Assembly (NCBI GenBank): GCA_003167475.1
Contig: PMTB01000268.1
Coordinates: 1-40,411, forward strand
Length of the DNA stretch: 40,411 nucleotides
From: a candidate division FCPU426 bacterium
GTDB lineage: Bacteria; Oederibacteriota; PGYV01; Palsa-1178
Direction: 5' to 3'
Within the stretch, counting starts at the first letter, position 1. Each line of letters opens with the position of its first letter. The position numbers and the translations under genes are program-made. The notes under the pieces are model-generated. The model was not told the origin of the DNA and did no database searches. It worked only from the letters and a program-made list of their open reading frames with translations. Positions 37,755-40,411 of the stretch are shown one piece after another.

Positions 37755-37835
37755 TCTGTTCTGTGTTATCTGTTCTATGTTCTATGTTTTAACGCCCTTC
37801 AAACACAGAACACAGAACAGAGAACACAGAACAAA
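37755..37835. repeat. Inverted heptamer tandem-repeat array
   Basis: About five TNTGTTC units facing about five GAACANA units. Confidence 0.85.
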
Positions 37836-37899
37836 CCGAAAAATCCTTTACAACAAACTCCCCGTTATGATATATTGAAAAAAAACGGGAGGCGTCAAA

Positions 37900-38346
37900 A
37901 TGGATAATTTAAACATCAGGGAAAACACTGCGGCTTGCGGAATAGATTGTTTTAACTGTGAATTTTTCCACACCAATATTCAGGGATTTTTTGAGACCAT
38001 GGACCCCCAGCGCAAGGCGGGATTTTTGGCCAGGGGCGCCACGGTTGAAAAATTGAGCTGCAAAGGCTGCAGGCTCGACGGCTGCAAGATGCTTGGGGGC
38101 GCCTGCGAAACCCTCAAATGCATAAAGGAAAAAGGCCATGAGTTCTGCTATGAGTGCGCTTCTTTTCCGTGCTCCAAACTCCAGCCGCTTGCCGAAGGCG
38201 CCGACAGGTACCCGCACAATTTGAAAGTATATAACCTCATGCGCATTAAGAACGTGGGAGTAGAGGCATGGGCTAAGGAAACCACAGAGATAAGGAAAAA
38301 ATATTTTAAAGGGAAGTTCATGGTAGGCGCGGGCCCGCAGATATAG
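37900..38346 (+). CDS. DUF3795-like Cys-rich (Fe-S/Zn) protein
   Basis: ACGIDCFNC, CKGCR, C..LKC and FCYECASFPC motifs. Confidence 0.85.
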   Translation: MDNLNIRENTAACGIDCFNCEFFHTNIQGFFETMDPQRKAGFLARGATVEKLSCKGCRLDGCKMLGGACETLKCIKEKGHEFCYECASFPCSKLQPLAEGADRYPHNLKVYNLMRIKNVGVEAWAKETTEIRKKYFKGKFMVGAGPQI

Positions 38347-38448
38347 CCGGAACAGTAATTGGACCAACTTTTGAACATTTAAACAATAAACAGCGGCGTG
38401 GTATCTTGTTGTTGCGAGGGAAATTTTAAAATATAAATGGGATGTTTT

Positions 38449-39000
38449 ATGTATAAAAAAGAAAATGAAGACGGGTTGGGCGGCCGGATTATCAGGGACC
38501 TTTCCGGACTTGACCCGAAATTCAGGCAGAGTTCCAAATTTGCTGCCGAAGAAATAATCCGGGGAGGCATTGACCTGTACGATATTGTATTTAATGCGGC
38601 CATTTCGGGTGATGGGTATGACGCGGCAAGGTGCGCCGAAGCTTGCGCCAGGGCTGCCGCTATAAAGCCGGAAATTGCCGAAAACTCGGTAAAGAAACTC
38701 ATGGCAGCCATACTAAAAGGGCAGGACGGGGAAATAAGGTATTATCTCAGCGTTATACTGATCTATGTGAATGTTCCAAAAAAACAGGCAAAAAAATGCG
38801 CCGTTATGCTAGCCGAATGGATTAAAGAAGAGACCGGCAGGGGGGCAAGGGCGGCTTTTCTTGAGGCTATAGCGTATCTATCATTCATTGACCCGGAATT
38901 AAAGCCTCTTGCTTCAACACTCCTGGGAGAAGCCCTAAAATCGCCAATTCCATCCTATGCGGCAAGGGCAAGGCAGATAATAATGCGGATGGGGAAGTGA
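38449..39000 (+). CDS. Hypothetical all-helical (HEAT/ARM-like) protein
   Basis: Ala/Leu-rich helical repeats ending SYAARARQI; start at 38437 or 38449. Confidence 0.65.
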   Translation: MYKKENEDGLGGRIIRDLSGLDPKFRQSSKFAAEEIIRGGIDLYDIVFNAAISGDGYDAARCAEACARAAAIKPEIAENSVKKLMAAILKGQDGEIRYYLSVILIYVNVPKKQAKKCAVMLAEWIKEETGRGARAAFLEAIAYLSFIDPELKPLASTLLGEALKSPIPSYAARARQIIMRMGK

Positions 39001-39001
39001 A

Positions 39002-39041
39002 TTGTTCTGTGTTCTGTGTTGAAACAGAGAACAGAGAACAA
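39002..39041. repeat. Short inverted heptamer array between convergent genes
   Basis: TTGTTCTGTGTTCTGTGTT-GA-AACAGAGAACAGAGAACAA. Confidence 0.8.
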
Positions 39042-39048
39042 CCCAGCC

Positions 39049-39741
39049 TTACTTGGGCTCCGGGCTTTGGGCTATGGCAACTTTTTTATACGGCTTATCA
39101 AACCGATTTTCATAAGCTGTATTCCTTTTCAACCAGCTTGTGAAATACCAGTCGGCCAGGCCCGTTATTTTCATGAGCAAGAACACCGGGTACATCAGCG
39201 GGCTGAATTTGTAAGGCAGTTTCATCCTTGATATGATGGTTTTATCCAGGTATTCTGTCCTGCCGAATATCCTGCCAAGTTCCGTGAAGTCCGCGAAAAG
39301 TTTTTTTGTCATTGACGGCGGCATGACCTGTATGCCCTCAACCCCGCCTTTGGCTATGGTTCCCAGATAAAAGCAGCCCAGTTTTACGCACAGCTTTTTC
39401 AGGTATTTTTCCAGGAAGGCTATGTTTGCGCCCTCGGTAAAACCGGACTGCACTATGAAGCCTAGCTGCGGATTGGTTTTTTTCCCCTTGAATTCCTTAA
39501 GAGACTCTATGAATATCTTGACCTTCGCCGGCATGGAATCGGCGTAAAGGGGGAACGCTATTATGACAGCTTCCGATTCTTTGAAGAGCTTTTTGCCTGC
39601 CTGGTGATCACCGACGGACAGGTAAGCCAGTTCAAAACAATTACCCGGCGTTTCCATGAAACCCGTTGTGAATTTTTCAAGCAATATCTTTGTATTGCTT
39701 GCCTTATACCTTGGCGAGCCGTTAAAAATCGACAGTTTCAT
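39049..39741 (-). CDS. Flavodoxin-fold NAD(P)H-dependent oxidoreductase
   Basis: IFNGSPRYKASNT, FPLYADSMP and QSGF motifs. Confidence 0.85.
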   Translation of the reverse strand: MKLSIFNGSPRYKASNTKILLEKFTTGFMETPGNCFELAYLSVGDHQAGKKLFKESEAVIIAFPLYADSMPAKVKIFIESLKEFKGKKTNPQLGFIVQSGFTEGANIAFLEKYLKKLCVKLGCFYLGTIAKGGVEGIQVMPPSMTKKLFADFTELGRIFGRTEYLDKTIISRMKLPYKFSPLMYPVFLLMKITGLADWYFTSWLKRNTAYENRFDKPYKKVAIAQSPEPK

Positions 39742-40273
39742 GTATGAGCTCCATTGGCGGTTTTTTTGTTGACGCGTAAAATATTACGGTGCTCCTGAAA
39801 TTAAGGGCGAACCGTTCAAATATATCCCTGTTTATCTGCACATCCTCTTCGTCGGTATCGGCTTCGGCCTTGTATATGAAGGCAAGTTCGGGCGTGGTGC
39901 CATAACGCAGCGTATGGCGCGTCTCGCCCATGACAAGCTCGGAAAAGGGCAAAAGAAGCGGTACCATGCGTTCCTGCAGGGTTTTCGCCAGCGAGTGCAT
40001 GAAACCCATGGCATAAGGCGCCGCGAAGACCACAAGGTCATTGTGGTTGATATGCGTGAGGATCTTATACACGTCATCCTTCAAAACGCATACGCCCGGT
40101 GTTTTTACCCAGCAATCCCAGCAGCCGATGCATGGTTTGACGTCCATATCGCGGACAGTCAGGTATTCCACGCTGTGAAGTTTAAGTTCCAGCCCGTTTT
40201 TGAATTCGACGGCGTACTTTTCAAATTCGGCGTCTTTTTTGTCCGGGTTTAGATTAAGCAATAGTATATTGAT
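39722..40273 (-). CDS. Iron-sulfur flavoprotein / flavodoxin-family protein (probable ATC start)
   Basis: VKPCIGCWDCWVKTPGVCVLKDD motif; GGAGGT SD lies 7 nt before the in-frame ATC at 40273. Confidence 0.85.
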   Translation of the reverse strand: MNILLLNLNPDKKDAEFEKYAVEFKNGLELKLHSVEYLTVRDMDVKPCIGCWDCWVKTPGVCVLKDDVYKILTHINHNDLVVFAAPYAMGFMHSLAKTLQERMVPLLLPFSELVMGETRHTLRYGTTPELAFIYKAEADTDEEDVQINRDIFERFALNFRSTVIFYASTKKPPMELIHETVDF

Positions 40274-40411
40274 ATGAAGTACCTCCGGTTAAGTGTTTAA
40301 GATGTTTATAGTCGGATGTTTTAGCTGTAACCTTTTATGGGAATATGATAGCAAAAAAGCCAGCCATAATCAATGGCGGATTAAGCAAGTGTCAATGCAA
40401 AATAAGAATGT

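Noticed and set aside
37601-37792. 63-aa ORF over the candidate sRNA
   Set aside because: TTG start with no RBS; it runs through a strong terminator and the heptamer repeats.
37755-37835. Possible CRISPR array
   Set aside because: Units are 7 nt with no unique spacers, and there are no cas genes in the window.

Overview
Bacterial chromosomal window from a diderm organism (outer-membrane beta-barrels, lipoproteins). The Thr/Pro-linker plus FlgD/T9SS-like C-terminal architecture resembles what I recall from candidate phyla such as Goldbacteria/FCPU426, but that assignment is inference only. The left half (1-23 kb) is an accessory, cell-surface-rich region: the tail of a GH64-like glucanase, paralogous beta-barrels, lipoproteins, a lipidated glutathione peroxidase, a ~3180-aa multi-propeller surface protein bracketed by inverted repeat copies, an SDR and an 840-aa Thr-rich surface protein. 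The right half is core genome: tRNA-Lys(TTT)-rplU-rpmA-(sulfatase-like insert)-obgE-proB-polX on +, converging with rpmH-rnpA-yidD-yidC-jag-mnmE plus a redoxin-like gene and three pseudopilin-like genes on -; dnaA is not next to rpmH. The most notable unannotated signals are: (1) a candidate ~110-nt sigmaE/ECF-driven sRNA at 37644-37753 with a C-rich anti-Shine-Dalgarno loop; (2) two genes (rnpA and a flavodoxin-family gene) whose best-placed start is a non-canonical ATC; (3) an rrn-like leader (promoter, boxA, boxC-like) with no rRNA behind it; (4) several families of extragenic palindromes. All calls come from reading the sequence; no searches were run.
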